A stretch of 61,594 bases of DNA, filler included, from 3 parts of 3 records of this genome joined end to end with filler, not necessarily neighbours in it, one strand, 5' to 3'. Positions 30,347 to 41,421 are shown, counted from the whole stretch's first letter. The notes: generated by a model from the sequence alone, not told the origin. Numbers and translations are program-made.

Positions 30347-30446
30347 NNNNNNNNNNNNNNNNNNNNNNNNNNNNNNNNNNNNNNNNNNNNTTAATTAATT
30401 AANNNNNNNNNNNNNNNNNNNNNNNNNNNNNNNNNNNNNNNNNNNN
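30347..30446. other. Artificial contig linker
   Basis: N44-TTAATTAATTAA-N44 (stops in all six frames); gene content changes phylum across it. Confidence 0.97.
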
Positions 30447-30506
30447 GAACATTAACTTATCCAGATTGGTATAACTTAGTAAATGAGTGCGGTGGATGAA
30501 ATGATT

Positions 30507-30533
30507 AAGGGTTGGCAAATGCCAACCCTTTTT
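30507..30533. terminator. Terminator hairpin
   Basis: aagggttggca-aa-tgccaaccctt plus T-run. Confidence 0.8.
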
Positions 30534-30552
30534 ATTCTTTGCTAATTGATAA

Positions 30553-30759
30553 TTAAGCGTATGCGCAGCGCAATTTTTTGATTTCCAAATTCACTTCTTT
30601 AACGGTTTGGAAGTGTCTAACTTCTGCACGATCAGGCAATATCAGTTTGCCATTGTCGAACTCGAATGAACCAATACCGTAGATGTAAATTCTTCCCTTA
30701 AACAGACGACTCACGTGTTTTGCAATCATCCCGGGCATATAGCGCTTAAACAGTCTCAT
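30553..30759 (-). CDS. DUF1107-family protein
   Basis: MRLFKRYMP..IAKHVSRLFKGRIYI.G.G.FEFDNGK; SD AAGGA upstream. Confidence 0.85.
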   Translation of the reverse strand: MRLFKRYMPGMIAKHVSRLFKGRIYIYGIGSFEFDNGKLILPDRAEVRHFQTVKEVNLEIKKLRCAYA

Positions 30760-31052
30760 ACTTCGATCCTTACGTTTTTCAGCACTCGTAGTGTAGTAAA
30801 GCTAACAAAAAATAATTGTGACCAAAATGGTGCTTTATGCAGTTCTAGCCTCTGCGTTTGTATTAATGTGTGGTTCTATCCAAAAAAATAGATAAATATC
30901 CCATTTAGTGTGACCAATACCTCAAATGGAAAACTATCGACGGAACTTATAGTTCGTCTTTTGGTGAAACATATTAAGCCTTACATTTATGACATTGATA
31001 AGAATAGTTGGTTTCATTTTTATTTAAGCGAAATGCGCGTTAAATTCTCTTC

Positions 31053-31078
31053 AAAAAAAGCCCGCAAGATATGCGGGC
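31053..31078 (-). terminator. Rho-independent terminator
   Basis: Minus strand GCCCGCAT-ATC-TTGCGGGC-TTTTTTT. Confidence 0.85.
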
Positions 31079-31230
31079 GAATAGTCACAGATGCATTACA
31101 CAAAAAGTGGATGTCCTGAAACAATCAGTGGATTCACTTTTTCGTTGGAGAAGGACAATGTTAATGTCGCTCATTAATAACGGTCATTAGCATATACAGA
31201 ATCACACATTCTGACTGAACTTTAACCAAC
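31053..31230 (-). ncRNA. Candidate small RNA (about 180 nt)
   Basis: Orphan minus-strand terminator, sigma70-like TAGTCA-17-TACGCT promoter, upstream CRP box, no SD-led ORF. Confidence 0.5.
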
Positions 31231-31312
31231 GAGGAGAGCGTACTTCAAAAAATTACATATGACTATTTATGTTTTATATTTGATTAAAAATTCACTGAAT
31301 AGTTTTTTCTTA

Positions 31313-31328
31313 TGTGATCTTGATCACT
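31313..31328. promoter_or_regulatory. CRP-cAMP binding site
   Basis: TGTGA-tcttga-TCACT, 9/10 match to TGTGA-N6-TCACA. Confidence 0.7.
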
Positions 31329-31366
31329 TTGGTCTTTATAATTTGCAATCGATTACATCGATTCGC

Positions 31367-31858
31367 TTAATTCGTTCTTTGAATATCAGCAAATATGGGC
31401 TGGCACAGGTGGATCAGGTCATCAATGTGGATGGCTATTCCAGCCATTGATGAACCACTGCTTATCGTGACCTGAGCGTGTTGAGTGATTTGATGATCAA
31501 AAATGATCGGCATGGGAGTTTTAAGCAATAAAGGGGTGACCGTTCCGATCTTAAATCCAGTGATCGTTTCAACTTGATCAAGATCGACACACGTCATTCT
31601 TCGCCACTGTAATAGAGTTCGAACTTTTTTAGGATCAACGCTTTTATCGCCTGGCGCACAGGCTAAAGCAAGTTGTCCTCCCATATCCCGCAGCAGAATG
31701 CACTTCACCATTTGGCTAGCAACAATACCACGCTGCTGTGCGGCATCTTCAATTGTGGTCGCTGGTGTTTGATGGTGCAGCAAGTGATAAACCACTTGCT
31801 GCTGATCCAGATATTGAGTGAGCCTAGTTTGTTGAACAGGCTGGTGGACTTTATTCAT
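31367..31858 (-). CDS. YbaK/EbsC-family aminoacyl-tRNA deacylase
   Basis: TIEDAA..RG....[25 protein letters not shown] at 31858 overlaps the ygfZ stop. Confidence 0.88.
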   Translation of the reverse strand: MNKVHQPVQQTRLTQYLDQQQVVYHLLHHQTPATTIEDAAQQRGIVASQMVKCILLRDMGGQLALACAPGDKSVDPKKVRTLLQWRRMTCVDLDQVETITGFKIGTVTPLLLKTPMPIIFDHQITQHAQVTISSGSSMAGIAIHIDDLIHLCQPIFADIQRTN

Positions 31859-32822
31859 CTTCTTCCAAAGAGTATGGAAGCGGCTCAATCGACCAGCGAG
31901 TGTCTGGCTGAGCAGTCAACCTGAGTTGAGTATCCGCCTCCAGATTGTTTGGTAACACTGCCAAACCGATAGCCTGGTTGTCGGCAAAGCTAAAGTGCGT
32001 CATTAACTTGCCTGCAGAACGCCAGTTTTCACCAACGGAACGTTCAAGCAATACAGGTTCTTCGGCTAGTGGTGATTCAATATTGCCCTTAACGATAAAC
32101 ATCGCGCGCTTGTTGATACCGCGATACTTGGCTCGAGCCACCGTCTCTTGACCGGTATAGCAGCCTTTGTTGAAGCTAATGCCATTAAGTGCCTGAACAT
32201 TCACAGCTTGCGGAATGTGCTCGCTTTGTTCGGCACGGGTGACGACCGGGAAAGCGTGCTCAATCTCAAAGCGAGTCCATAACGCTTCATGAACTTTTGT
32301 CGCTTCGATGCTTGAGGCTACTGTCGCAGCTTGATTTGCCTCTAGCAGTAGTAGCCAACGTTGCTCGTCAACTTTAATCGCTGAACCACCTTCAATTTCA
32401 CGCACATCGCCTTCAGTCGTGGTATGGGCATCGATCCAAGCTTGGGCTTGCTCACCGAACAGGCCTAACGCAATATCTTGGCTTTGGGCTATTTCTGCTT
32501 TAGAAAAAATGGCGTACTTTTTCAATTCGCCAAGTTCAGCTTCAATCGCTGATAATGGCTGGAACATTGCGTATCCACCGTTGTGGTGGAAAATTCGGAA
32601 TACTGACCAAACTTTGCCTTTGCCATCACAATGAGCACCAAAACTCATCTGCTGTGGTTCAAGTGACACAACGTTACAAGTAACCTGTCCTTGTAAGTAA
32701 GATTTGGCATCAGCTCCAATAATTTGAATTGCACCCCAAGATTCAAGATGCGTAAGCATAAGCTCTGGCAAAGTGTCTTCAGATTTTATATTGAGAGGGG
32801 AGAATGTATTTTTCCAGTCCAT
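31851..32822 (-). CDS. ygfZ: Folate-binding Fe-S/tRNA-modification protein YgfZ
   Basis: Signature [21 protein letters not shown]. Confidence 0.96.
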   Translation of the reverse strand: MDWKNTFSPLNIKSEDTLPELMLTHLESWGAIQIIGADAKSYLQGQVTCNVVSLEPQQMSFGAHCDGKGKVWSVFRIFHHNGGYAMFQPLSAIEAELGELKKYAIFSKAEIAQSQDIALGLFGEQAQAWIDAHTTTEGDVREIEGGSAIKVDEQRWLLLLEANQAATVASSIEATKVHEALWTRFEIEHAFPVVTRAEQSEHIPQAVNVQALNGISFNKGCYTGQETVARAKYRGINKRAMFIVKGNIESPLAEEPVLLERSVGENWRSAGKLMTHFSFADNQAIGLAVLPNNLEADTQLRLTAQPDTRWSIEPLPYSLEEDE

Positions 32823-33000
32823 GATACTCACCATAGTGAAATAGATTCAGCTATGGTAATCCGTATACTCAACTAACTTCAAGGTGATTGAGTAGGTAAG
32901 TTTTTTTGTCAGCTTGATTGGGACTGTGATTGAGACCCTAGTTGTTCGACTTGTCTATTTGGTAGACTTGGCGAATATAACAATAAGGTGAGAAAGTAAG

Positions 33001-33261
33001 ATGTATACTGCTGAAGAAAAAGCGCGTATTAAATGGGCGTGTCGTCGTGGAATGCTAGAGCTGGATGTGGTTATCATGCCATTCTTTGAAGAGTGTTTTG
33101 ATTCGTTAACCGAATCTGAGCAACAAGATTTTGTTTCTTTACTTGAGTGTGACGATCCTGATCTGTTCACCTGGATTATGGGACACGGTCGTTCTGAGAA
33201 TTTAGGCCATGCCGCGATGGTGGATAATATTGTCGCTCATAACCTCAGCAAAGTCCGTTAA
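33001..33261 (+). CDS. sdhE: FAD assembly factor SdhE
   Basis: WACRRGMLELD, DPDLF.W. Confidence 0.96.
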   Translation: MYTAEEKARIKWACRRGMLELDVVIMPFFEECFDSLTESEQQDFVSLLECDDPDLFTWIMGHGRSENLGHAAMVDNIVAHNLSKVR

Positions 33262-33628
33262 GCTACTCTTTACCCCTTCTTATACTGCCCATGTTGTCGC
33301 AACTGGTGTATTACTGGTTCTGATGTGGGCAGTCGTTGTTTCTCCTATCCCTTTGGTTGCCTCTCTCTGGCTAGTGATTTCATTAATAACTCATTCGAGT
33401 CATCGACTTTTGCCAGAAACTTTGCTTGGAGAAGTGGAGATTCATTTTGATGGTTATTTGAGAATCAAAGGAAGGCAGCTGTCTTTCCAATCAATGAGTG
33501 ATCTTCACGCGTTTGCATTCCTCTCCTTTAAGGGAAATGGGCAGCATTGGCTGTTGTGGCGTGATAGCTGTGATGAAATCACCTACCGCCAACTTTTAGT
33601 TCGGTTGAAACAAAATCAGGAGCGTTAA
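33230..33628 (+). CDS. ygfX: YgfX/CptA-like inner-membrane protein
   Basis: Overlaps the 3' end of sdhE; two TMs; LWRDSC....YRQL; start uncertain (TTG 33230 or ATG 33209). Confidence 0.75.
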   Translation: MSLITSAKSVKLLFTPSYTAHVVATGVLLVLMWAVVVSPIPLVASLWLVISLITHSSHRLLPETLLGEVEIHFDGYLRIKGRQLSFQSMSDLHAFAFLSFKGNGQHWLLWRDSCDEITYRQLLVRLKQNQER

Positions 33629-33642
33629 GCTCCTGATTTTTT
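33612..33642. terminator. Bidirectional terminator
   Basis: aaaatcaggagc-gttaa-gctcctgatttt. Confidence 0.85.
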
Positions 33643-33649
33643 AGATCAA

Positions 33650-35260
33650 TTATTTTTGCGGAGCCAATATGGTTGGCCCACTGTTTTCCTGTTGTTCAGG
33701 GTAATCCAGTGTGTAGTGCAAGCCTCGGCTTTCTTTGCGCTGCATAGCACAGCGAACCATAAGTTCTGCAACCTGAAGTAAGTTACGCAGTTCTAGCAGG
33801 TTATTCGATACACGGAAGTGACTGTAGTATTCCGTGGTTTCTTGTTGCAGAAGTTGAATACGACGCAAAGCGCGCTCTAAGCGCTTATCAGTTCTTACGA
33901 TCCCCATGTAATCCCACATAAACAGGCGTAATTCGTGCCAGTTATGTTGAATGACCACTTCTTCGTCGGAGCTGGTTACTTGGCTTTCATCCCACACAGG
34001 AACCGCTGGTGGCATGTCGATATTTTTGATGTTTTTAACAATATCTTTTGCCGCTGACCAAGCATAAACCACACACTCTAACAGTGAGTTGGAAGCCATG
34101 CGGTTTGCCCCATGCAGACCGGTATAGCTCACTTCACCAATCGCGTATAAGTTCTGAAGGTCGGTTTGACCTTGCTGGTTCACCATCACGCCGCCACAGG
34201 TATAGTGAGCAGCAGGAACGATTGGAATCGGTTCTTTAGTGATGTCGATACCCAAATCCATTAAGCGACGGTAAATAGTTGGGAAATGTTTTTCGATAAA
34301 ATCAGCTGGTTTGTGGCTGATATCAAGGTACATGCAATCTGCCCCTAAACGCTTCATCTCAAAGTCGATGGCACGAGCAACCACATCACGAGGAGCCAGC
34401 TCTGCGCGCTCGTCGAAATCTAACATAAAGCGCGACCCATCAGGGCGACGCAGATAAGCACCTTCACCACGCAAAGCTTCGGTAAGCAGGAAGTTACGCG
34501 CTTCAGGATGATATAAACAAGTAGGGTGGAACTGGTTAAATTCCATATTGGCAACACGGCAACCTGCGCGCCATGCTATTGCGATACCATCGCCAGAAGA
34601 GACGTCAGGGTTCGATGTATATTGGTAAACTTTTGAAGATCCACCGGTGGCCAGAACCACGTATTTTGCACGTACAGATTCAACATGCTCAGCATTGCGG
34701 TTCCAAACATAGGCACCAATCACTTTGTTTTTGTCGCCACCCACTTTATCTTCAGTGATCAGATCGAGTGCGTTGTAACGTTCAAAAATTGAAATGTTAG
34801 GGTGATTGTGCGCATTGTCTTGCAGCGACGTTTGCATCGCCATGCCCGTGGCATCAGCGGCATGCAGTATACGACGATGACTATGGCCGCCCTCGCGGGT
34901 TAAGTGGTAACGCGGACTATTATCGTCGTCGCCATCTTCTTCTTTATCGAAAGGGACACCACCGTCGATTAACCATTGGACGCACTCTTTTGCGTGTTCT
35001 GCGATGAAGCGAACGGTGTCTTCTTCACAAATACCACCACCGGCAATCAGCGTATCTTGAACATGAGAGTCAATGCTGTCCGATTCATCGAATACAGCAG
35101 CAATACCACCTTGAGCGTAGTAGGTGGCACCTTCACTACGAGGTCCTTTGCTCAATACAACAACTTTGCAATGCTTCGCTATGCGCAAGGCTAACGACAA
35201 GCCTGCTGCACCGCTACCTACCACTAATACATCACATTGATGCTCTCGGTTTGCGTTCAT
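33650..35260 (-). CDS. nadB: L-aspartate oxidase
   Basis: [45 protein letters not shown]. Confidence 0.97.
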   Translation of the reverse strand: MNANREHQCDVLVVGSGAAGLSLALRIAKHCKVVVLSKGPRSEGATYYAQGGIAAVFDESDSIDSHVQDTLIAGGGICEEDTVRFIAEHAKECVQWLIDGGVPFDKEEDGDDDNSPRYHLTREGGHSHRRILHAADATGMAMQTSLQDNAHNHPNISIFERYNALDLITEDKVGGDKNKVIGAYVWNRNAEHVESVRAKYVVLATGGSSKVYQYTSNPDVSSGDGIAIAWRAGCRVANMEFNQFHPTCLYHPEARNFLLTEALRGEGAYLRRPDGSRFMLDFDERAELAPRDVVARAIDFEMKRLGADCMYLDISHKPADFIEKHFPTIYRRLMDLGIDITKEPIPIVPAAHYTCGGVMVNQQGQTDLQNLYAIGEVSYTGLHGANRMASNSLLECVVYAWSAAKDIVKNIKNIDMPPAVPVWDESQVTSSDEEVVIQHNWHELRLFMWDYMGIVRTDKRLERALRRIQLLQQETTEYYSHFRVSNNLLELRNLLQVAELMVRCAMQRKESRGLHYTLDYPEQQENSGPTILAPQK

Positions 35261-35701
35261 AAAAGTTTTAAGTTCCCGAACTATAGTAGAGTTTTCCTAC
35301 TCTAAAAATATAATGGATTCACTTTTTGATTTGATACGCCTGATTGAAAAAACGCCACTGGTTTGGCGAAAGCATTAAATAATCAAGCAACTAGGAAACC
35401 AATTTGCGTGAGTCTACCCTTGTACTGTTTGTGCAACCCTTTCTTCAATTGACGTCGAATCGGTATAGATAAGAGTTATCGATTATCGAAAGGCGATGTC
35501 AAATTGTTGGGCTCAATGCAATAGTTTGTAAAAGCTATTGTCTTTCTTAGTGAGTATCCCCAAAATTCTTTAGGGGAAATATCAATTTTAGCCATTATGC
35601 TTTTAGTAATGATTTTATTACTAAAATGCGGCTGCTGATATGATAAACCTCGATTACATCACATTGTGCATTATGTTTGGAAAATAAATTTACACATAAT
35701 T

Positions 35702-35728
35702 GAACTTTATCTTTCTCACTGAGTCACA
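35702..35728 (+). promoter_or_regulatory. SigmaE-dependent autoregulatory promoter of rpoE
   Basis: GAACTT-N16-TCACA. Confidence 0.7.
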
Positions 35729-35827
35729 ATAGTGCTCATGTGAACAGTGGTGTCAATACTACATTCTGGATAATTAGAGCCCATATCTGAGAAGGTAAGG
35801 GTGAGAACAATAGGAGTAACCGCTCGA

Positions 35828-36400
35828 ATGAACGAGCAGCTAACCGATCAAGTATTGATTGAGCGAGTTCAGAATGGGGATAAGCAAGCATTTAATCTTT
35901 TGGTTTTAAGATATCAAAACAAAGTGTGCAACCTTATTTCTAGGTACGTGAGCAATTCGGGAGATGTAGCTGATGTTGCACAAGAAGCTTTCATAAAAGC
36001 TTATCGCGCAATACCGACCTTTAGGGGAGAAAGTGCGTTTTATACTTGGCTATATCGTATTGCTGTCAATACCGCAAAAAATCACATCGTTGCTCAAGGC
36101 CGCAGACCGCCTGCGACGGATGTTGATGCTGAAGAAGCTGAATTTTACGAAACAAACAATGCGTTAAAAGAAATTTCGAACCCAGAGAACTTAACGCTGT
36201 CGAAAGAACTGAAGCAGGCTGTGTTTAGCGCAATAGATGCACTGCCTGAAGATTTAAAAACCGCAATGACGTTACGAGAGCTGGAAGGCTTGAGTTACGA
36301 AGATATTGCAGAAGTCATGGATTGCCCAGTAGGTACGGTACGTTCTCGTATCTTCCGTGCTCGTGAAGCGGTCGAAAAGAGAATTAAATCTCTTTTGTAG
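35828..36400 (+). CDS. rpoE: RNA polymerase sigma factor RpoE
   Basis: MNEQLTDQVLIERVQ, DVAQEAFIKAYR, CPVGTVRSRIFRAR; SD AGGAG. Confidence 0.98.
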   Translation: MNEQLTDQVLIERVQNGDKQAFNLLVLRYQNKVCNLISRYVSNSGDVADVAQEAFIKAYRAIPTFRGESAFYTWLYRIAVNTAKNHIVAQGRRPPATDVDAEEAEFYETNNALKEISNPENLTLSKELKQAVFSAIDALPEDLKTAMTLRELEGLSYEDIAEVMDCPVGTVRSRIFRAREAVEKRIKSLL

Positions 36401-36421
36401 CGTTAGAAACTGTAAATAATT

Positions 36422-37054
36422 ATGGTGAAAGTAATGACGGACAAACAACAACTTTCAGCTCTCATGGATGGAGAGATGGTCGATAAGGCATTGATTCAAG
36501 AGTTAGTGCACGATTCTGAAAGTATCGAAACGTGGAAAAACTATCACCTGATCGGTGATGTGATGCGTGGAGACGCTCCAGAGAGACCGGAATGGAACAT
36601 TGCTGAAAGTGTGGCTTTAGCGTTAGAAAATGAACCAGCACACAGTACATTTCACAGTAATGTAACCAGCATTGATAGTGTGAAAGCCAAAGAAGAACAG
36701 CCGACGCCGCAAAAATCGCGTCGACAGCTTCCTGCATGGCTTTCTCCATTTAGCCAGGTCGCCGTTGCCGCTTGTGTCTCTCTCGTGGTTATTGTGGGAG
36801 TTCAACAATACGGTGGTGAAGATTCATCATCTCAAGCAGAACAGTTCCCGGTACTACAAACAGCACCGTTTGCTGGTCGTGTTGAACCTGTAAGTCTGAC
36901 ACGTGAATCGCTGGAGAAGCCGAACCTTGAATCGGATGCTCATGAACAGCGTCGTCGTGTCAACGCGTTGCTGCAAGACTATGAACTTCAATTAAGATTG
37001 AACAGTGATAACTTGGGGCAAACTCAAGACTCAATTGAACCGGTAATTGAATGA
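36422..37054 (+). CDS. rseA: Anti-sigmaE factor RseA
   Basis: LSALMDGE, YHLIGDVMRG, single TM, LQDYELQLRL. Confidence 0.96.
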   Translation: MVKVMTDKQQLSALMDGEMVDKALIQELVHDSESIETWKNYHLIGDVMRGDAPERPEWNIAESVALALENEPAHSTFHSNVTSIDSVKAKEEQPTPQKSRRQLPAWLSPFSQVAVAACVSLVVIVGVQQYGGEDSSSQAEQFPVLQTAPFAGRVEPVSLTRESLEKPNLESDAHEQRRRVNALLQDYELQLRLNSDNLGQTQDSIEPVIE

Positions 37055-38016
37055 AAAAAATTCTGATCAGTGTGTTGACGCTGTTCAGTTTGAGCTCTAC
37101 ACCAGCCTTTGCAGAAGATGAAACTGCAGAGGCTTTGTTGCATCAAATGAACGAAGCCAGTCAACAACTCAATTATGAACTGTCTTATATCCTGATTAAG
37201 AAAAACAGTATCGAGCCTTTGTTATATCGTCATGCTCGTCATGATCAAAAAGAGTATGCCCACTTAGTTTATCTCAGCGGCCCAATGCGAGAAGTTTTTC
37301 GTCGTGATAACGAAGTCAGCTATATCGAACCCGGAGTTGATCCATTCACCATTGAATCTAGCAATATGGTCGCGCCAACCATTCCAATGCTCCACAGTAA
37401 CGTCACTGAAATCAGTGCCTATTACGACTTCGTGAAAGTCGGTCGGGCGCGTGAGGCGGGGGCGGCTTGTCAGGTGTTACGAGTCGTACCTAAGGATGGC
37501 TTACGTTACTCCTACGTGGTGTGGGTGGATGAAAAAACACGTTTACCGTTAAGAGCCGATTTGGTTGATCGTTATGGCGAAGTCTTAGAGCAGTATCGTT
37601 CGATTTCGTATTCCGTGAGTGAAAAGTTAGCTGAGATAATGGCAGGCTTTGACGACGTACAGCTTCCGGAAGTACTATCATTACCTAAGAGTAAAGTCGA
37701 CGAGACGTTTTGGACGGTAAGTTGGAAGCCAGATGGCTTCAAGTCGATCAACGTAAATCGTTACAGAATGATTAACACGGAACGAGTGGTCGAAAACCAA
37801 ATGTTTTCCGATGGCTTATTCAGTTTTTCAGTCTATGTTTCAGACAGTGATGAACATTCGTTGAAAGGTCAACTTGTTAGACAAGGGCGTCGCACTTTAC
37901 ACAGTTTGGTAAAAGGTGACCGCGAAGTGTCGATTGTTGGTGATATCCCACCAGAAACGGCTAAACGTATCGCTCAATCGGTCATCTTTGATAAGAGTAA
38001 GGCGAACGTTCAATGA
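37051..38016 (+). CDS. rseB: SigmaE regulator RseB
   Basis: MNEASQQLNYELS, FSDGLFSFSVYV, VGDIPPETAKRIA. Confidence 0.96.
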   Translation: MKKILISVLTLFSLSSTPAFAEDETAEALLHQMNEASQQLNYELSYILIKKNSIEPLLYRHARHDQKEYAHLVYLSGPMREVFRRDNEVSYIEPGVDPFTIESSNMVAPTIPMLHSNVTEISAYYDFVKVGRAREAGAACQVLRVVPKDGLRYSYVVWVDEKTRLPLRADLVDRYGEVLEQYRSISYSVSEKLAEIMAGFDDVQLPEVLSLPKSKVDETFWTVSWKPDGFKSINVNRYRMINTERVVENQMFSDGLFSFSVYVSDSDEHSLKGQLVRQGRRTLHSLVKGDREVSIVGDIPPETAKRIAQSVIFDKSKANVQ

Positions 38017-38483
38017 TGACAGCATTGGCCACGGTGATGGCAGTACAAAACAACAAGCATGGTTTTCATGTTGAGCTGAGTTGCGAGCAAAAAACCAGTT
38101 GTAGTAGCTGCTCATCCTCTAAGAGTTGTGGAACGGGTATTGTCTCCAAGGCCATTGGCAGTAAATCATTACGTTGGCATTTAGATACGGATAAAACTGT
38201 TGCTCAAGGCCAGGTGGTTGAAATTGGCTTTCCTGAGAAGAGCCTGTTGCAATCTGCGGCTTTGGTCTATCTAGTCCCTCTGTTTATGATGATTGTTGGT
38301 GCATGGCTGGCTGATAGCTGGCTAGCACCTTTATTCGGAATGGGAGAGGGCATTGTCATTCTTACTTCGCTTGCCTCTATTGGTTTAGGCATCAGTTTGG
38401 CCAAGGTTTGGTCCCGTCAATTGGAAAAGCGTACCGAGCAAGAAGTGGTTTTACTGAGAGTGCTCGGAGAGCCAATTGCTTAA
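38013..38483 (+). CDS. rseC: RseC
   Basis: CEQKTSCSSCSSSKSCGTG, SAALVYLVPL. Confidence 0.94.
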   Translation: MMTALATVMAVQNNKHGFHVELSCEQKTSCSSCSSSKSCGTGIVSKAIGSKSLRWHLDTDKTVAQGQVVEIGFPEKSLLQSAALVYLVPLFMMIVGAWLADSWLAPLFGMGEGIVILTSLASIGLGISLAKVWSRQLEKRTEQEVVLLRVLGEPIA

Positions 38484-38597
38484 ATTATGATGCGATCCCA
38501 ATTGAAATTGGGTAGAATCTGCCAACTTGAATGAAAGGCCAGTAATAAATGCCTTTTATACCCCCTAATTTGCAAAGAGTTTAGTCATCCCAAACCT

Positions 38598-40391
38598 ATG
38601 AAGCACATTCGTAACTTTTCGATTATCGCCCACATTGACCATGGTAAATCGACTTTATCCGACCGTTTAATCCAAGTATGTGGTGGATTAAGTGACCGTG
38701 AAATGGAACAGCAAGTTCTTGATTCTATGGATCTTGAGCGTGAGCGTGGTATCACCATCAAAGCACAGAGTGTGACACTCGATTACCAAGCACAAGATGG
38801 CGAGACCTATCAACTTAACTTCATCGATACGCCTGGACACGTAGACTTCTCCTACGAAGTATCACGCTCTCTAGCGGCGTGTGAAGGTGCGCTACTAGTG
38901 GTTGACGCGGGTCAGGGTGTAGAAGCTCAAACACTGGCTAACTGCTACACTGCGATCGAAATGGATCTGGAAGTGGTGCCAATTTTAAACAAGATTGACC
39001 TTCCAGCGGCAGAACCTGAGCGTGTTGCAGAAGAAATTGAAGACATCGTAGGTATCGATGCAATCGAAGCCGTTCGTTGTTCGGCGAAAACAGGTCTTGG
39101 TGTTGACGAAGTTCTTGAAGAAATCGTTGCTAAGATTCCAGCGCCAGAAGGCGACCCTGATGCGCCACTGCAAGCTCTTATCATCGATTCATGGTTCGAT
39201 AACTACCTTGGTGTAGTCTCTTTGGTGCGTATTAAAAACGGCAAACTGAAGAAGAACGACAAGATCAAAGTAATGAGTACAGGGCAGGTTTGGAACGTTG
39301 ACCGTCTTGGTATCTTTACGCCGAAACAGATTGATACAACAGAACTGAATACCGGCGAAGTAGGCTGGGTGGTTTGTGGTATTAAAGACATCCTGGGCGC
39401 ACCCGTTGGTGATACGCTAACGCATGCTAAAAACGGTTGTGAAAAAGCACTACCAGGCTTTAAGAAAGTGAAGCCACAGGTATACGCAGGTCTGTTCCCA
39501 GTATCTTCTGATGATTACGAAAACTTCCGTGATGCGCTAGGTAAACTGAGCCTGAACGATGCATCTCTGTTCTATGAACCAGAAACTTCAGCAGCACTGG
39601 GTTTTGGTTTCCGTTGTGGCTTCTTAGGTATGCTACACATGGAGATCATTCAGGAACGTCTAGAGCGTGAATATGATCTCGACTTGATCACGACGGCACC
39701 AACGGTTGTGTATGAAGTTGAAATGACGAATAAAGAAGTCATTTACGTTGATAGCCCAGCGAAACTGCCAGCGGTTAACGATATTGAAGAAATTCGCGAG
39801 CCGATTGCACGCTGTAATATTCTTGTACCGGCTGATTATCTGGGTAACGTTATTACGCTTTGTGTAGAGAAGCGTGGTATTCAGGTAGACATGGTTTACC
39901 ACGGTAACCAAGTTGCTCTGACTTACGATATTCCAATGGCTGAAGTGGTACTAGACTTCTTCGACCGTTTGAAATCAACGTCTCGCGGTTATGCGTCTCT
40001 AGATTACGGTTTCCAACGTTTTGAAGACTCGAAAATGGTACGTGTTGACGTGCTATTGAACGGCGACAAAGTTGATGCACTTGCGATCATTACTCACCAT
40101 GACAACGCACAGTCTCGTGGTCGTCTGTTGGTTGAGAAGATGAAAGAATTCATTCCTCGCCAAATGTTCGATATTGCGATTCAGGCAGCTATCGGTAACC
40201 ACATCATCGCGCGTTCGACTGTAAAACAGTTACGTAAGAACGTAATCGCGAAATGTTACGGTGGTGACGTGAGCCGTAAGAAGAAACTATTGAAGAAACA
40301 GAAAGAAGGTAAGAAACGTATGAAGCAAATCGGTAACGTTGAGCTTCCACAAGAAGCGTTCCTTGCAATTCTTCATGTAGGTAAAGACTAA
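38598..40391 (+). CDS. lepA: Elongation factor 4 (LepA)
   Basis: [37 protein letters not shown]. Confidence 0.98.
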   Translation: MKHIRNFSIIAHIDHGKSTLSDRLIQVCGGLSDREMEQQVLDSMDLERERGITIKAQSVTLDYQAQDGETYQLNFIDTPGHVDFSYEVSRSLAACEGALLVVDAGQGVEAQTLANCYTAIEMDLEVVPILNKIDLPAAEPERVAEEIEDIVGIDAIEAVRCSAKTGLGVDEVLEEIVAKIPAPEGDPDAPLQALIIDSWFDNYLGVVSLVRIKNGKLKKNDKIKVMSTGQVWNVDRLGIFTPKQIDTTELNTGEVGWVVCGIKDILGAPVGDTLTHAKNGCEKALPGFKKVKPQVYAGLFPVSSDDYENFRDALGKLSLNDASLFYEPETSAALGFGFRCGFLGMLHMEIIQERLEREYDLDLITTAPTVVYEVEMTNKEVIYVDSPAKLPAVNDIEEIREPIARCNILVPADYLGNVITLCVEKRGIQVDMVYHGNQVALTYDIPMAEVVLDFFDRLKSTSRGYASLDYGFQRFEDSKMVRVDVLLNGDKVDALAIITHHDNAQSRGRLLVEKMKEFIPRQMFDIAIQAAIGNHIIARSTVKQLRKNVIAKCYGGDVSRKKKLLKKQKEGKKRMKQIGNVELPQEAFLAILHVGKD

Positions 40392-40433
40392 TCCAGTTGT
40401 TTTTATCTAAGTATTTTATATATTAACTCGCAA

Positions 40434-40460
40434 GTGAAAGAGTCTCGGCTCTTTCACTTT
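40434..40460 (+). terminator. Hairpin between lepA and lepB
   Basis: gtgaaagag-tctcgg-ctctttcac followed by ttt. Confidence 0.55.
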
Positions 40461-40485
40461 CGTATTTTTTAGATAAGGGAAGTCA

Positions 40486-41385
40486 ATGGCTAATACATTC
40501 TCACTCATCTTAGTTCTGGTTACCGTTGTTACCGGAATTGTGTGGGCGTTAGAAAAATGGGTTTGGGCAAAGAAACGTCACGAGAACGTGGCAAAGCAAC
40601 TGCAAACAGACCCTGGAAGTATTGATAGCAGTGTGACGACCAAAGTGGCTCCTCAGCCATGGTGGATTGAGAACTCAGTTTCGATTTTCCCTGTGATCGC
40701 ATTTGTATTGTTGCTGCGCTCATTTGTGTTCGAACCGTTTCAAATCCCTTCTGGCTCTATGATGCCAACCTTGTTAGTTGGTGACTTTATCCTTGTTGAA
40801 AAATACGCGTATGGCTTGAAAGACCCTGTATGGCGCACTCAGTTAGTGGAAACTGGCAAGCCAGAGCGCGGTGATATTGTGGTATTTAAGTTCCCGCTTA
40901 ACCCAAGCATTGACTATATTAAGCGTGTAGTGGGTATGCCGGGTGATCTTGTTCGCTATAGCCAAGATAAGCAGGTTTGTGTGCAGAGTGCGGGCGAATC
41001 AACTTGTAAGCCAATCAAACTGTCGAATGTTCAAGAGAGTCCGTTTTCTCAGAATAACATTCCTATGATGCAGTTGGATGAAAGCCTTGGTGAAGTAGAA
41101 CACAGTATTTTGATCAATCCACTGCGTGTTGATGACGCTCGTAGATATGCACCGCGTAGTGGTGTGAATGAGTGGATTGTTCCTGAAGGGCACTATTTTG
41201 TTATGGGTGATAACCGAGACAATAGTGCCGATAGCCGTTTTTGGGGCTTTGTACCTGAAGCTAATTTAGTAGGTAAAGCGGTGGCAATTTGGGTAAGCTT
41301 TGAGTTTGATCGAGCTCCTGACAGCGCGATACCTGCTTGGATTCCAACCGGTGTACGTTTAAATCGTATCGGTGGCATTAACTAG
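40486..41385 (+). CDS. lepB: Signal peptidase I
   Basis: EPFQIPSGSMMPTL, YIKRVVG, GDNRDNSADSR. Confidence 0.97.
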   Translation: MANTFSLILVLVTVVTGIVWALEKWVWAKKRHENVAKQLQTDPGSIDSSVTTKVAPQPWWIENSVSIFPVIAFVLLLRSFVFEPFQIPSGSMMPTLLVGDFILVEKYAYGLKDPVWRTQLVETGKPERGDIVVFKFPLNPSIDYIKRVVGMPGDLVRYSQDKQVCVQSAGESTCKPIKLSNVQESPFSQNNIPMMQLDESLGEVEHSILINPLRVDDARRYAPRSGVNEWIVPEGHYFVMGDNRDNSADSRFWGFVPEANLVGKAVAIWVSFEFDRAPDSAIPAWIPTGVRLNRIGGIN

Positions 41386-41421
41386 GGCTGAATATTCAGC
41401 CCCGCAACACATCGAGAGAGT

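Noticed and set aside
30391-30402. TTAATTAATTAA palindrome within N runs (also 55830-55841)
   Set aside because: Synthetic six-frame-stop linker, not biological
30910-31119. 69-aa plus-strand ORF in the Vibrio spacer
   Set aside because: GTG start without SD, runs through the opposite-strand terminator, no family; the sRNA reading fits better
33001-33628. sdhE-ygfX as a toxin-antitoxin system (CptAB)
   Set aside because: Conserved housekeeping pair; SdhE is a flavinylation factor and the TA role is disputed; not novel
9564-40391. Two translational GTPases (typA, lepA) in one window
   Set aside because: They belong to different organisms on separate contigs
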